Shown: positions 50,689 to 62,498 of the stretch, piece after piece
How the letters are laid out: each line of letters starts with the position of its first letter
Numbering within the stretch: position 1 is the stretch's first letter
Source: Alphaproteobacteria bacterium
Lineage (GTDB): Bacteria > Pseudomonadota > Alphaproteobacteria > UBA828
Direction of reading: 5' to 3'
Assembly (NCBI GenBank): GCA_965237415.1
Contig: CBDEFM010000002.1
Span: 2,240,001-2,304,000, forward strand
Length of the DNA: 64,000 nt
Notes under the pieces: generated by a model
Database searches by the model: none
The model's input: the letters and a program-made list of their open reading frames with translations, nothing else
What the model was told of the DNA's origin: nothing
Made by a program: the position numbers and the translations under genes

Positions 50689-50724
50689 AAAACGCCGCTA
50701 AGACAACATCTTAGCGGCGTTTTT
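50689..50724 (+). terminator. Intrinsic terminator after the tRNA fragment
   Basis: AAAACGCCGCTAAGA-caaca-TCTTAGCGGCGTTTTT. Confidence 0.8.
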
Positions 50725-50959
50725 CATTGTGCGGCGACGCCCACAATTTCGTATTGGGAATCTATTGGGAATCATCCGGATGGCAGTCTAAGGGCATGTC
50801 TGACACGTCATGACGGTATGGATTCGGTCGTGCCGTGGTGCCGTGGGAGGTGGGTAAGGATTCGGTCGTGCCGTGGAGGCGGGCGACATTGTGATCGTCT
50901 TCGGGCGGGGCTTCACAAGTTACTGGTAACGACTCCGGCCATGCGCTACGGGGCGGGTC

Positions 50960-51493
50960 GAGATGGACGACGCCTATCTCGGCGGGGTGCGCTCCGGCGG
51001 CAAGCGGGGCCGCGGCGCGGCGGGCAAGACGCCCTTCGTGGCGGCGGTCTCGACCAGTCGCGAGGGGCGCCCACGCAAGCTGAAGCTGGCGCCGGTCAAG
51101 GGCTTCCGCAAGCGCGAGATCGCGCGTGGCGCCAAGCACTGGCTGGCCCCCGGCGCGGCGGTTGTGACGGACGGCCTGGGCTGCTGGAGCGCACTCGACG
51201 AGATCGCCTGCAGCCATCAGGCAATCCGCACCAGGTCGGGCCGACAGGCGGCCCGCATGGCGCCGTTCAAATGGGTGAACACGACGCTCGGCAACATCAA
51301 GTGCGCGATCACCGGGACCTATCGCAAGCTCGGCCCCGATCACGCCGGGCGCTACCTCGCCAGTTTCGCCTGGCGCTACAACCGGCGCTATCAACTCGAA
51401 ACCATGATCCCGCGTTTCGTCCATAGCGCCGCACGCACCGAGCCCATGCCCTATCGCCTCCTCATTGCCGGATAACTTTCAGGGATAAGCAGG
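50960..51493 (+). pseudogene. IS1595-family transposase 3' fragment with right end
   Basis: MDDAYLGG, TDG, WVNTTLGN and YLASFAWRYNRR. Confidence 0.85.
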
Positions 51494-51648
51494 AAGGGTT
51501 TTCCCTCCATGAATGTTTCGGGGTAGGAAATCGTACCTTACCACGGCGCAACGGGTTATCTCGGTTACCTCCTGCCTACAAATCTGGCACCACCTCAGCA
51601 TACCGCGACCGGTCCAGAATTTTCGTTCGCTCTCGTCGCTGGCGATCG

Positions 51649-52155
51649 TTACAAACGGCGTTGCTGAGCGCTCACAATCATCCAGGTCAGTATAATGAAC
51701 ATCAGATAGAGACCATGTTCCAATAGTTCGCGCCGGTCACCGGAAACTATATCAAAGGCACTAAAGAAAACCAGCGTAGAGCCCGCCATGACAAACCCAA
51801 ACGATGAGACTCTGATGGTAACTGCACCAATCGTCCGCAAGAATGTGCCGATCAGTGTCGCAAGAAACAGGAACCCTACAAGCAGTTCCCATACGCCGGC
51901 GAAGAAGAGCACGGGTTTTGCCCAGCTTGCGGGGATATTCATACTGAGGAAATACGCGTCGAATTGTTTCTCCCTGTTATTTCCATACCAATGGAAAACG
52001 CCGAAATCGGTGCTGTGCAGAAACTTGTCAAGCCCGTTGAGTGTCCAGAAAATCACCCAGTATGTGAGGGAAACGATAACAAGGAGCCTACTGTCTAGCG
52101 CGTGGGGGCGGGACGGCGAAGCCTCGCCGACATTGAGGAATTCGTCCTCCGGCAT
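51649..52155 (-). CDS. Small integral membrane protein (about 4 TM segments)
   Basis: Hydrophobic segments, FWTLNGLDKF and FDIVSGDR; start uncertain. Confidence 0.55.
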   Translation of the reverse strand: MPEDEFLNVGEASPSRPHALDSRLLVIVSLTYWVIFWTLNGLDKFLHSTDFGVFHWYGNNREKQFDAYFLSMNIPASWAKPVLFFAGVWELLVGFLFLATLIGTFLRTIGAVTIRVSSFGFVMAGSTLVFFSAFDIVSGDRRELLEHGLYLMFIILTWMIVSAQQRRL

Positions 52156-52164
52156 CAGCGCCTC

Positions 52165-52340
52165 CTATGAGCTCCAGTTGCTCCAGACCCCGGGCCCCGT
52201 CTCGTGCCAGGCTTCGCCGCGCCGGGACTCGATCCGGTAGCCGAGGATCGGCCTGCCGCCGTCGTCGGCCGGTGCCGTCCAGCCGAGCATGATCCCCGAA
52301 TACCCGTCCGCCGTCGCCGTCAGCGCGCCCGGGGACGCGG
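52165..52340 (-). pseudogene. Fibronectin type III fragment
   Basis: PGALTATADG...LGWTAPADDGGRPILGYRIE. Confidence 0.55.
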
Positions 52341-52908
52341 CAAGGGTTGCCGGGACCGGGAACAGCGCCGCGCCGCAACGCCGCCAGCACCGGTCGCGCG
52401 AGACGTCCCGGACCGAATGCGCCCCCGGCCACCGTTGCACCGGGGTTCGGGGTCATCGTCGGGCCATCGTCAAACCCCGTGCCTCACCGGCCATCCGGGC
52501 GCCGAACGACGGCCTAGCCGCCGCCCCTGATCGCAACACCCTTGCCGTACCATCCTCTGCCGTCTTACCAGCGCGCCGTCGCACGGAATTCGATCACCGC
52601 CCTGTTGAGCGCACGCTCCATCGCGCGCTCACCGTCAACGGGGGTCATCTCGTCTGTTCCAGCTGGCCGTGCCGATGTCTTGCCTTGTTCCGTCGCTTCA
52701 GCCGCTCCGAATGGCGGTCCGGAAAGCATCGGCGAATAGCCCCCTCAAGGCCGCCGGGACAGCTGCTCATTCCGCGCACTCGGTGTGGTATCCACGCGGG
52801 AACTTGCTGAACGTATTCGCGATATTCTCGCCGATGGTCTGAAGATTTCTAGATGTTTGTTTTTCTGGCCCTAGACGGAATTAAATTCGGGGATACGATC
52901 ATTATTTT

Positions 52909-53555
52909 GGCTCAATTCGCGAACCGTATGCATGGTCTGGCCATCGCCGCCTCGAGACAGGCTCTGGGCGATGGCTGATCGCCGAGTTCGATGAGATGGA
53001 ACCACCTGAGATAGCTGTCGAGGTACTTGGTGGCGATGCCGCGGAAGCCCCGCAGGAAGCCCTTGATCTGGCTGCGGCGGCTGTTGACCGTCTGGATGTG
53101 CAGGGCGCCGCGAACCCGCTCGCCGGCGGCGCCGTTGATGCTCTCGTGAGGGATGTCCAGCGCCGCTGCGACGGGCGGATGGCAGCGGCCGGCGTCGGAG
53201 ACGAGCAAGGCATCGCGGGCGACGACCGGCTCCAGCGCCTGCTTCACGCTGTCTGCGTTGAGGGCGGGCAAGGTGTGGCTGAGGGTCGCGCCGGCGCGAT
53301 CGGCGGCGACCAGGATCGGCACCTGCTCGCGCGAGAGGCCGCGTTTGCGGGCCTTGCCGCCGCGCCGGCGCGGCTTGCGATCCAGCTTCCGCTCCCCCTT
53401 CCGGCTCTCGAGAACGAAGGTCTCGTCCGCCTCGACGATCCCGGCAAGCCGGTCCGGCGCTTGGCGCACCGCCGCCAGGAAGCGGTGACGCCAGCGATGC
53501 GCCGTGCTCGGCGCAATCCCGCAGCGCTCGGCAGCCTCTCGGATCGTCTCGCCTG
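52909..53555 (-). pseudogene. IS1595-family transposase, 5'-truncated
   Basis: GIVEADETF, LLVSD, HIQTVN and RGIATKYLDSYL. Confidence 0.85.
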
Positions 53556-53796
53556 TTGTTAGGCGTCGGCGCTTGACCCCCCAGATTCTCGGAACGTCAA
53601 TGGGTTAACATGCCTATCGGCGTTGAACACCCACGCCGAACAACACTCCTGCACGCCAAACCAAATTATCCAGCACTTCTCGGACTTGACCAGAAGAGCT
53701 CATCGTGTTCGTTGAGGCTAAGGGCGCCGCAGGACATTTTTAAAGCCGAGCCGAGCAAAGGTCATGACCGCGCCTCGCACGACGGGAGGTGCGTCC

Positions 53797-56700
53797 ATGC
53801 TGTTTAGCAACCCTCTCACGCCGCGCCCGCCATGCTGCGATATTCCGACACCCGGCACCGATCCGAAGTTCCACACGGCACGGCCTGCCGTGTCCGCTGC
53901 CGGGGAGGCTGGCGACCGTGGCGGTACCAGGCGCTGCGGAGGCTTCTCTCACTCCGTAGCCGCCCGTGCTTGGCGCCCGGCGGCGGAGCTGGTGTTTGCC
54001 TTCGCCGCACTGCTGGCCACATCGATGTCGGCGCTGGCGGCGACGCCCGTCACGCTCGTGTCGAACATCGACCAACCGGACAGTGCCCAATCTAGAGCAA
54101 TTCACGCGCAACCTTTTACCACCGGCCCTAATTCAGCCGGCTACGAGCTCACAAGCGTCGATGTCCAGCTAGGGGACCCCGTCCCTTCTGCCGGCGATAT
54201 CGTCGTCGAAATTCTTTCCCACAACAGTGGACCTGGATCAACGCTGGCCACACTGACCAATCCCACACCACTTACGAAGCAGTCTGCCAACACATTCACG
54301 GTGCCTGCCAACGACCAACTCACGCTCGACGCCGAGACGACCTATTACGTCCTAATCTACCACGCCGATGATGATGATGGCGGTGTTACCGTTATAGTTG
54401 ATGGTTTGGTGACTACACGGTTTGGTATCATTATAGATAGAACATATTCGAAGTCCGAGGACTCCGGCGCAGCAACGGGATGGAGCATCGGTAACCGCAG
54501 ATATTTTAAAGTCCGTTATGATGATTCATGGAGCGTCAGTATCATCCGTTTTGCCAGGATCGCGATCCGGGGAACCAGACTCTTATCCGACGACGCGACG
54601 CTGAGCGACCTGAGTCTGAGCCACGGATCGATTACGGTGCCACTCAATCGGGCCTTTGACGCGGCCACGACGCAGTACACCGCCTCGGTCGCGTACGGCG
54701 TGTCGTCGCTCACCGTGACGCCGACCACGAACGAGATGAACGCCACGGTGGGATAGTTCGACGCAAGCGACACCGACCTGGACGACGCCGACGCGAACAC
54801 CCCCAGCCATCAGGTGAATCTCGAACGGGGGTCGAACACCCTCAAGGTGAAGGTCACGGCCGACGACGGGAACACGACCGAGACCTACACCGTCGTCGTT
54901 ACCCGCGAGCCGCCGACCGTGCCCGAGGCGCCCGAAGGCTTCGGGGCGACACCGGTTTCCCCGACACAGATCTACCTGTACTGGACCGCGCCGTCGAACT
55001 TCGTCAACAGCGGCATTACCGGGTACCAGTACCGGATGAGCACCGACGGCGGGCACAACTGGAGGCGGCAGTGGCGGGACATCCATGGGTCCGGCAAACG
55101 CACGGACATCACCGAACACACGGTGCACTGGCTCGACAGCGCCAACGAATACACCTTCCAGGTGCGCGCGGAGAACGCTCTCGGCGGGGGCATCTCGGCA
55201 AGCGTCAAGGCGCGACCGGGCAAGCCAGCTGTCTCCCGGCCGAAGTTGACGATCGAGAAGGTGACAGGCAAGGACAACGTCAACGCGGGCAAGCGCGACG
55301 CCACCAAGCCCGTACAGCAGGGGTCGCTGGTGAACGGCGTCTTCGTGGGAAACGGCACTTACTGGGATTCGTGCCACGAGGACGCCTTCGCGCACTACCG
55401 GATCCGGGCCACCGGCGGGGACCATCTATGGCGGCCAGGCTCGCAGTTTCGGGGAGTCAGCGTCGGTGTCGAATATGTGCGGGCTGGAAGGAATAACGAG
55501 CGAAGCAGCGCCGGCGTTTCATCGAGCGTGACAGGCCTGGTGGGACGGAACGCCGAGTCCATCGTCCCCGGCAACCGGCACTGGGACCAGAAGACTTGTC
55601 GCGCTACACAGGGCGCCGACAGGCGACCGCTGATCATCCGGCTGGTTCCGGGAGAAGAGTACGACGTTGGCAGACCGCGCGCGATCTGCATCCGCGTCGA
55701 CCACGAAGACAACGGGACCGTCGTCACCGGAACGCCCTGCCCGAACGTATTGGAGGAGAACGCCGCCGACCCGCTGCCCGTGATGACGGTCAGCGACGCG
55801 AGCGCGAACGAGGAGAACGGGAGCATCGGCTTCCCGGTGAGCCTCGATAAGCCGGCCGCGGGGACGGTGACGGTGGACTACCGGACCGAGAACGTCACTG
55901 CGACAGCGCCGGGCGACTACACGCAAACGAGCGGGACGCTCACCTTCGATCCGGGCGAAACGCGGGAGATCGTCACGGTGCCGATCATCGACGATACGGT
56001 CACGGATAACGGGGAGACCTTCAAGCTGGTCCTCAGCAACGCCTCCGGAGCGGAGCTCGGGGACGCGGAGGCCGTGGGCACGATTCTCAACACCGAGACG
56101 GCAGTGCTGACGGGGTTCACGCTGGTGAACGCCGAGACCGGGAGCGACATCGGCGCAATCGACGACGGCGGCATGCTCACGCTCGACGATCCGGCGAACG
56201 GCAGCTTCGGGGTGCGCGCCGAGCCCGCGGCGGGCGCGGGGATCGGCAGCGTGCGCCTCGAGCTCTCGGGGGCGAAGACGGTCGCGCGCAACGAGAACCT
56301 CGTGCCCTACTCGCTCTACGGCCACGCCAACGGGCAGGTGCAGGGCGAGGGTCTCCCGGCGGGGAGCTACACGTTGCGCGCAACGGCCTACAACGAGGCG
56401 AACCTGCAAGGCGAGGAGCTGTGCACACTGGAGGTCGCGTTCACGGTGCTCGCGAGCACGGAGGTCGCGAGCACGGAGGTCGAGGAGCCGGGAGGACCGG
56501 CGGCGCTCACCGCGCGTTTCCTCGACGTCCCGCCCGCGCATGGCGGGCCGGAATCGGCGGCGTTCGTCTTCGAGCTGCGGTTCAGCGAGGCGCCGGCCCT
56601 GAGCTTCCGGGTGTTGCGCGACGAGTCCTTCGCGGTGACGGGGGGCGCGGTGAGGAAGGCGAAGCGCGTCGACGAGCGCGACGATCTGCGCGAGATCCAC

Positions 56701-58638
56701 GTCGAGCCATCGGGCTGGGGCGACGTGACGCTGACGCTCGCGGGCGGGCGCGCCTGCGGGACGACCGGCGCGATCTGCACGGCGGACGGGCGGGCGCTCT
56801 CGAACACGCTGACGACCACCGTCAAGGGTCCGGTGGCGCTGACGGTGGCGGATGTGCAGGTCGAGGAAGGCCCGGACGCGGTGCTGGCGTTCGAGGTCAC
56901 GCTCTCGCGGGCCGCCTCCGGGACGGTGACGGTGGACTATGCCACGTCGGACGGCAGCGCGGCGGCGGGGGCGGACTACACCGCCACCAGCGGCACGCTC
57001 ACCTTCGCGGCCGGCGAGACATCGAGGACGGTGAACGTCGCGGTGCTCGACGACGCCCATGACGAGGGCGAGGAGACACTGACGCTGACGCTCTCCAACC
57101 CGTCGGGGGCGTATCTGGCCGACGGCACGGCGACCGGCACGATCGAGAACACGGATGCGATGCCGAAGGCGTGGCTGGCGCGGTTCGGGCGCACGGTCTC
57201 GGGCCAGGTGCTGGATGCGGTCGAGGAACGTTTGCGGGCCTCGCGCACGGCCGGGGTGACGGTCCGGCTGGCCGGGCAGCCCATCGGCCTGACGGCGCCG
57301 CAGGATGCGAAGTCGGATGCGACGACAGAGGCGGAGAAGGAAAACCAGGCGCGCCTGGGCGTTTTGTCGGACTGGCTGCGCCAGGAGACGGAGGATCGCG
57401 AGCGGACCGGAATACAGTCGCGGACCCTGACGGCGCCCGAGGTGCTGATGGGATCGTCCTTCGCGCTGGCCGCGGAGACGGACAGCGGCGGTTCGGCCGC
57501 GGTCTGGGGCCGGATGGCGCGGTCGAGCTTCTCCGGCCGCGAAGCCGGGCTCAGCCTCGACGGCAACGTGACCACGGGCCTCCTGGGCGCGGACTATGCG
57601 CAGGGCCCCTGGACCGGCGGCGCGGTGCTGTCGCACAGCAGCGGCGAAGGCGGCTATAGCGGCGACGCCGCCGGCAAGGTCGAGGCCTCGATGACGGCGC
57701 TAACGCCGTGGGCGGGCTACAAGGTGACGGAGCGGCTGTCGGTCTGGGGCGCGCTGGGCTACGGCAAGGGCGGCCTTACCCTGACGCCGAAGAATCCACA
57801 GACGCAGAAGGACCAGCCGGCGCAGAAGACCGACATCGCCATGACGCTTGCCGCGGCCGGCGTGCGCGGAACCGTAGTGGACGGCGAAGGCCCGAAACTC
57901 GACGCGGTCGCGGATGCGCGCTGGGTCCGGACGACCTCGGAGAAGGTCACCGCGTCCGCCGAAAATGGCGGCAACCTTTCGGCGACGCAAGCGGACGTCA
58001 CGCGTCTGCGCCTCGGTCTCGAGGGCTCGTGGGCGGTGGCGCTCGACGACGAGGGGGCGACGATAACGCCGCGCCTGTCGTTCGGGGTGCGCCATGACGG
58101 CGGCGACGCGGAGACCGGGTTCGGCGTCGATATCGGCGGCGGCGTGACCCTGGCGATGCCGGCGCGCGGCCTCAGTGTCTCGCTGGAGGGCCGGGGTCTG
58201 CTGACCCACGAGGCGAAGGGGCTCAGGGACAGCGGCTTCGGCGGCACGATCGCCTGGGACCCGGCCCCGTCCTCGAACCGCGGCCTCTCGCTGTCGCTGC
58301 GCCAGAGCGTCGGCGGCTCGGCCACCGGCGGCAAGGACGCGCTGTTCTCGCGCGAGGTCATGGAGGGTCTGGCCGCCAACGGCAATGGCGGCAACCGGCG
58401 CCTGGAGGGCAGGATCGGCTACGGGCTGGCGGTATTCGGCGACCGGTTCACCGGCACGCCGGAGATCGGCTTCGGGCTGTCGGACGGCGGCCGCGACTAC
58501 AGCCTCGGCTGGCGCCTGACGCGCGAGGGCCGGGACGCCGGGTCGTTCGAGTTCTCGTTCGAAGCGACGCGGCGCGAGAGCGCCAACGACAACGATCCGG
58601 AGCACGGCATCGGCTTCCGGCTGACGGCGCGGTTCTAG
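53797..58638 (+). pseudogene. Autotransporter-like adhesin (signal region, cadherin-like beta sandwich, Fn3, 2x Calx-beta, C-terminal beta-barrel) with one in-frame TAG at 54754-54756
   Basis: ORFs 53764-54756 and 54814-58638 share a frame; SDDATLSDL...YTASV, PEAPEGF...YTFQVRA, TVTVDY...DY..TSGTLTF x2, WLARFGRTV and a terminal Phe. Confidence 0.85.
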
Positions 58639-58689
58639 GCGCTCGGGGACGGCAGCGGCGCGCCGGTTGCGGACCGGGTTCCGGGGGAC

Positions 58690-58850
58690 ATGGGCGCCGG
58701 GAACGGTATCTGGGCGTGGCAGATCCTCCGCTGCCGGGAAGATTACCTGGCGGCATGGGCGGGTCGCACGGCCCTGCCCCGGTACGAGCATGCGCCGTTT
58801 CCGGTGCGGGTGCAGTCGACGCGCGATCTCGCCGCGGCGCACTTCGTTCC
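58690..58850 (+). pseudogene. DUF6499 (FseA N-terminal-like) remnant
   Basis: WAWQILRCREDY resembles the AWEFLRRN..Y motif. Confidence 0.45.
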
Positions 58851-59280
58851 ACGCCGGTGCAGGCCCGCTGCGACGGCGTTCCCCCGCCGTGCGGTTCACC
58901 GCGCGGCGGACGCTGCCGCTCAAGCGCCGCTCGGGCTAACTGCCGGATACGAAACGGTTTGCATCGCCCGGTCGCTTGATTGGACAGGAAGCGGGATGGG
59001 GACGCCCTGCGGCGTTTTTTCTCACACCCGACGCATCCGAGATGCTATCGACAACGGCAAGTGACGGCGTGCATCCTCCCATAAATACCCTTTCTTTTCA
59101 GACACTTATCCCCGGCCATTGCCGTCCGCTCGTTTCCCTTTCGAATGCTTAACCCATTTCACCGTCAGGACACGACCCTAGTCCGACTTGTGCGGAGCCA
59201 GCAAGCACGAAAATCCTGCGAACCGTCTCAGCATCCACGATTCACCACCGGAGAACTCATCTGTAGGGCCGTCGCAGCAT

Positions 59281-59688
59281 CTATGTTGCAGGACTGCCGA
59301 ACCTGTGCCACGCATCTTCATATTTTTCTATACATTCCCTCTTTATATGTGGAAACTTACCGTCCAAGGATGCAAGCTCGTTTACTTTTTTGCTCGGCAC
59401 TACATAATGTTTGATAACTTCTCCTTTCTTAAGTTGAGCATATCTGACGAACACATATATATGCGTTCTTGATGTCTTTACTCCGTTCTTCCCAAGCAAC
59501 CAAAAGCTGCCGCCTTTGTCTGTTTTTACCTGCACAGTATAAACGTTTTGACATTCCTGATCGGTTACCAACAGGTCTGCGCCTTCTGCTCCCCGTGATG
59601 TTGGCGAAACAATAAATCCACGTTTGCTTAGCTCGGCGGCGGTGAGATAAACGCCCGTCATGCCCGATATAATCGCGTTCTTTGCCAT
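59281..59688 (-). CDS. Small PD-(D/E)xK-type nuclease
   Basis: G...AAELSKRG...GADLLV...VQVKT. Confidence 0.65.
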   Translation of the reverse strand: MAKNAIISGMTGVYLTAAELSKRGFIVSPTSRGAEGADLLVTDQECQNVYTVQVKTDKGGSFWLLGKNGVKTSRTHIYVFVRYAQLKKGEVIKHYVVPSKKVNELASLDGKFPHIKRECIEKYEDAWHRFGSPAT

Positions 59689-59785
59689 AAAACCGTCTTT
59701 CTCCCTGATGGGACGATAGCGAAGAAACCGGGCCAATATCGCTGAGATGATGTCAGCCCGGTCTCAATTCGACTACCGCCTGTCA

Positions 59786-59968
59786 TCATCCCTTGAACCA
59801 CGAAGGCGGTTTCGACCAAGCCGTCGGGGAACTGATCCAGCTTTTCACTTTTCCACCAAGGCGCATCTCAATCATCTTCTTTGCCTCGCTCGAACTGCTC
59901 GCCTCGACCTTGATGTGTTGGGCCGTTGATGTTCCCTCGATCTTTGCGCGCGCATAGAATGTTGCCAT
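59786..59968 (-). CDS. Small hypothetical protein (60 aa)
   Basis: GAGG RBS; compact basic protein. Confidence 0.45.
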   Translation of the reverse strand: MATFYARAKIEGTSTAQHIKVEASSSSEAKKMIEMRLGGKVKSWISSPTAWSKPPSWFKG

Positions 59969-60198
59969 CGTTCGCTTCCTCAAACTGGTTGCAGTCACGG
60001 AAGTATACACGTCGCCAGAGCATGGCAATAACCGCACAGCTAGCACCTTCGGTGATAGGGCGCCGGTGCCAGCGCCAGGCCCGGTGGTCCCCCAAATCCC
60101 ATCCCTGCTGTTCATCTTGTCTCGGACATGCGTATCTGGCGTACGCTTGAAGACAGTCCTGATAGAGATACTCGAATAGCGACGATGACGCCCTTCGA

Positions 60199-61359
60199 CT
60201 ACTCCGAGACTTCCAATTTTTGCCGCAATGCTACTGCCACCCGCTCAGCGGCTTGACTCAGGGTCGCGTCGTCGAGGTGTACGTAGCGGTTGGTCGTGGA
60301 CGCGCGCCGATGCCCGAGCAAGCGCCCCGCGACATGTAGGCTCTCGCCGTTCATGACCGCGTGCGAGGCGTGCGCATGGCGCAGGTCGTGAAGCCGCGCA
60401 TCCGCCACGATCCCAGCCGCGTTGCGCGTCTTGATCCAGAACATCCACAGGTCATTCGTACTCAACGGCCCGTTCCCCTTGTCGCCCGGAAACACCCAGT
60501 CGCCGGACGCCGTTTCGGCGAGGCCGTTCAGCAGCTCCCGCGCCGCCTCGCCGAGCAGAACGTGCCTCGGCCCGGTCTTCGTGTCGCTCAGGGTCAAGCG
60601 ATCAGGCTTGACCTCGCGCCAGCGCAGGCGGCGTATCTCGCCCGGCCTGCACCCGGTCAGCAGGAGCAGGCGCACCGCCGCGACGCACATCGGGTTCTCC
60701 TCTTCGTGCTGGCGCAGGACCGCGCCGAGCCTCGCAAGGTCGTCCGCGCCGAGCAGCCGCCCGCGCGGCGGTCGCCGGTAGCGGACGATGCCCGTGCACG
60801 GGTTCCCGGCGGCTTCGGGCCGATGGCCCCAGGCGATGGCGTAGTCGAACATGTTGCGCAGTATGTCATGACTTCGATTCGCGCCGCCCGGCTTTCTGCG
60901 TCCGTACTCGTGGAAGAAGCGGGCGATATCGGCGCGCACGACCGAGCCGACGCGCAGATGGCCGAGCGCGGGCAGGATGGCGCTGTTGAGATAGCTCATG
61001 GTGGCCTTCACCGTTGACGGCTTCCACGATGGCGAGCGCCGCTCGACGTATTCGGCGGCGAGCTTCGTCAGCGTCGGGCCGGAAGCGGGAAGGGGCACGG
61101 GACTCCCGCCGCCCTTCTCGCGCGCGAGGAACGCAAGCGCGGCGGCCCGCGCCTGGTCGGCCTTCACCGCGTCCGGCTTGCCGAGCGTGACCCGGCGCGG
61201 CTTGCCGTCGCGCCGGAAGCGGAACACCCAGGACCGCGCGTCGTTCGGCTGGACGCGGAGCATGAAGCCTTGCAGGGCGGTATCGTGGACCGCGTATTCT
61301 CGTTCGCGCGGTCGGGTAGCGAGCGCGAGCGTATCGGTCAGGCGGGCGCGCTCGGTCAT
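60199..61359 (-). CDS. Tyrosine integrase (second of tandem pair)
   Basis: HDTALQGFMLRV, TGCRPGEI, TKTG, HDLRH, LGH and TNRY. Confidence 0.9.
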   Translation of the reverse strand: MTERARLTDTLALATRPREREYAVHDTALQGFMLRVQPNDARSWVFRFRRDGKPRRVTLGKPDAVKADQARAAALAFLAREKGGGSPVPLPASGPTLTKLAAEYVERRSPSWKPSTVKATMSYLNSAILPALGHLRVGSVVRADIARFFHEYGRRKPGGANRSHDILRNMFDYAIAWGHRPEAAGNPCTGIVRYRRPPRGRLLGADDLARLGAVLRQHEEENPMCVAAVRLLLLTGCRPGEIRRLRWREVKPDRLTLSDTKTGPRHVLLGEAARELLNGLAETASGDWVFPGDKGNGPLSTNDLWMFWIKTRNAAGIVADARLHDLRHAHASHAVMNGESLHVAGRLLGHRRASTTNRYVHLDDATLSQAAERVAVALRQKLEVSE

Positions 61360-62498
61360 CGGCCCGCCTCCCCGCCGTCGAGCATGTCGGCAAGACCGCG
61401 CGAGACCCGGTTGGCCGCCTCGAACACGGAACCCTCGGCAAGGTGCGCATAGCCGAAGGTGGTCGCGATGTCGGCATGGCCGAGCAGCCCGGCGACGACG
61501 CGCAGGCCCTCGCCGCCGTTGACCGCGACCGCCGCATGCGAATGCCGGAGATCGTGAATGCGTAGCGTCGGCAGTCCCGCCGCTCCGCGGATCGCGTTCC
61601 ATTCCTTGTCCACTGTCGCAGGCCCGCCGCAAGGCGACGCGAACACCCAGGGGCAAATCGTGCGTCGCTGCCGCGCCGTGAGGACGGCGCGGGCGGGCGC
61701 CGCGAGCCAGATCGTGCGGGGACCGGTCTTGCTGTCCGGCAGTACCGCGCGGTCGCCGTGCAGATGCTCCCACTTGAGCCGCAGCGCCTCGGACTTGCGC
61801 GCGCCGGTGTAGAGCAGGAAGCGCAGCGCGGCGACGGCGACCGGGTGATCCGCTGCCGCGCCGTCGAGCGCCCGACCGAGCGCCGCAAACTCGTCATCCG
61901 TCAGGTAGTGCGCCTCGAAGCCCGTCTTGCGCCGTCGCAGTCCCCGGCACGGGTTGGAGTCCTCGCGCCGCAGTCCGAGCGCTTCCGCGTGCTTCATCAT
62001 CGACGACAGCACCGCTAGCGCCCGGTTCGCCGATCCCGTCCGCGTGACCGAGAGATCGTCGAACCAGTTGCGCACGTCCTTAGAGGTAACCGCATCGACG
62101 CGCCGATCGCCGAACGCGGGCAGTATGAACCGCTGCACGCCGTCCGCGTGCGCTCGCCTCGTTGCGGGCTTCCAGCGTTCGGCGCAGTCGGCGAGGAACG
62201 CCGGCGCGAAATTCCGAACCGTCGGGACCGTCGCCGGTGCGCGGCTCGCCTCAACATCGGCGAACAGCACTCGTGCCGCGTGCCGTGCGTCCTCGACTGT
62301 CAGCGCGTCGAGCGTACCGAGCGTCCGCTTGACGACGGAGCCGTTGCAGCGCCGGTGCACGATCCATGTCTTGCGTCCGTTCGGTCGCACCCGCAGTCCG
62401 AGCCCCGGTGCCGCGCTGTCCCACAGCACGGCCTCGCGTCCGTCCACAGGCACGAAGGCACGCGCCCGTGCCTCGGTGATCTTCGTCTTGTTCGCCAT
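61356..62498 (-). CDS. Tyrosine integrase (first of tandem pair)
   Basis: WDSAAPGLGLRV, TGARKSEA, SKTG, HDLRH, LGH and TFGY; ATGA overlap with the next gene. Confidence 0.9.
   Translation of the reverse strand: MANKTKITEARARAFVPVDGREAVLWDSAAPGLGLRVRPNGRKTWIVHRRCNGSVVKRTLGTLDALTVEDARHAARVLFADVEASRAPATVPTVRNFAPAFLADCAERWKPATRRAHADGVQRFILPAFGDRRVDAVTSKDVRNWFDDLSVTRTGSANRALAVLSSMMKHAEALGLRREDSNPCRGLRRRKTGFEAHYLTDDEFAALGRALDGAAADHPVAVAALRFLLYTGARKSEALRLKWEHLHGDRAVLPDSKTGPRTIWLAAPARAVLTARQRRTICPWVFASPCGGPATVDKEWNAIRGAAGLPTLRIHDLRHSHAAVAVNGGEGLRVVAGLLGHADIATTFGYAHLAEGSVFEAANRVSRGLADMLDGGEAGR

Noticed and set aside
53556-53566. Integron attC core (GTTAGGC)
   Set aside because: No matching inverse core or IntI-type integrase; it lies at a deletion junction.
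54754-54756. Pyrrolysine/programmed amber recoding
   Set aside because: There are no pyl genes in the window and TAG is used as a normal stop elsewhere; a point mutation is simpler.
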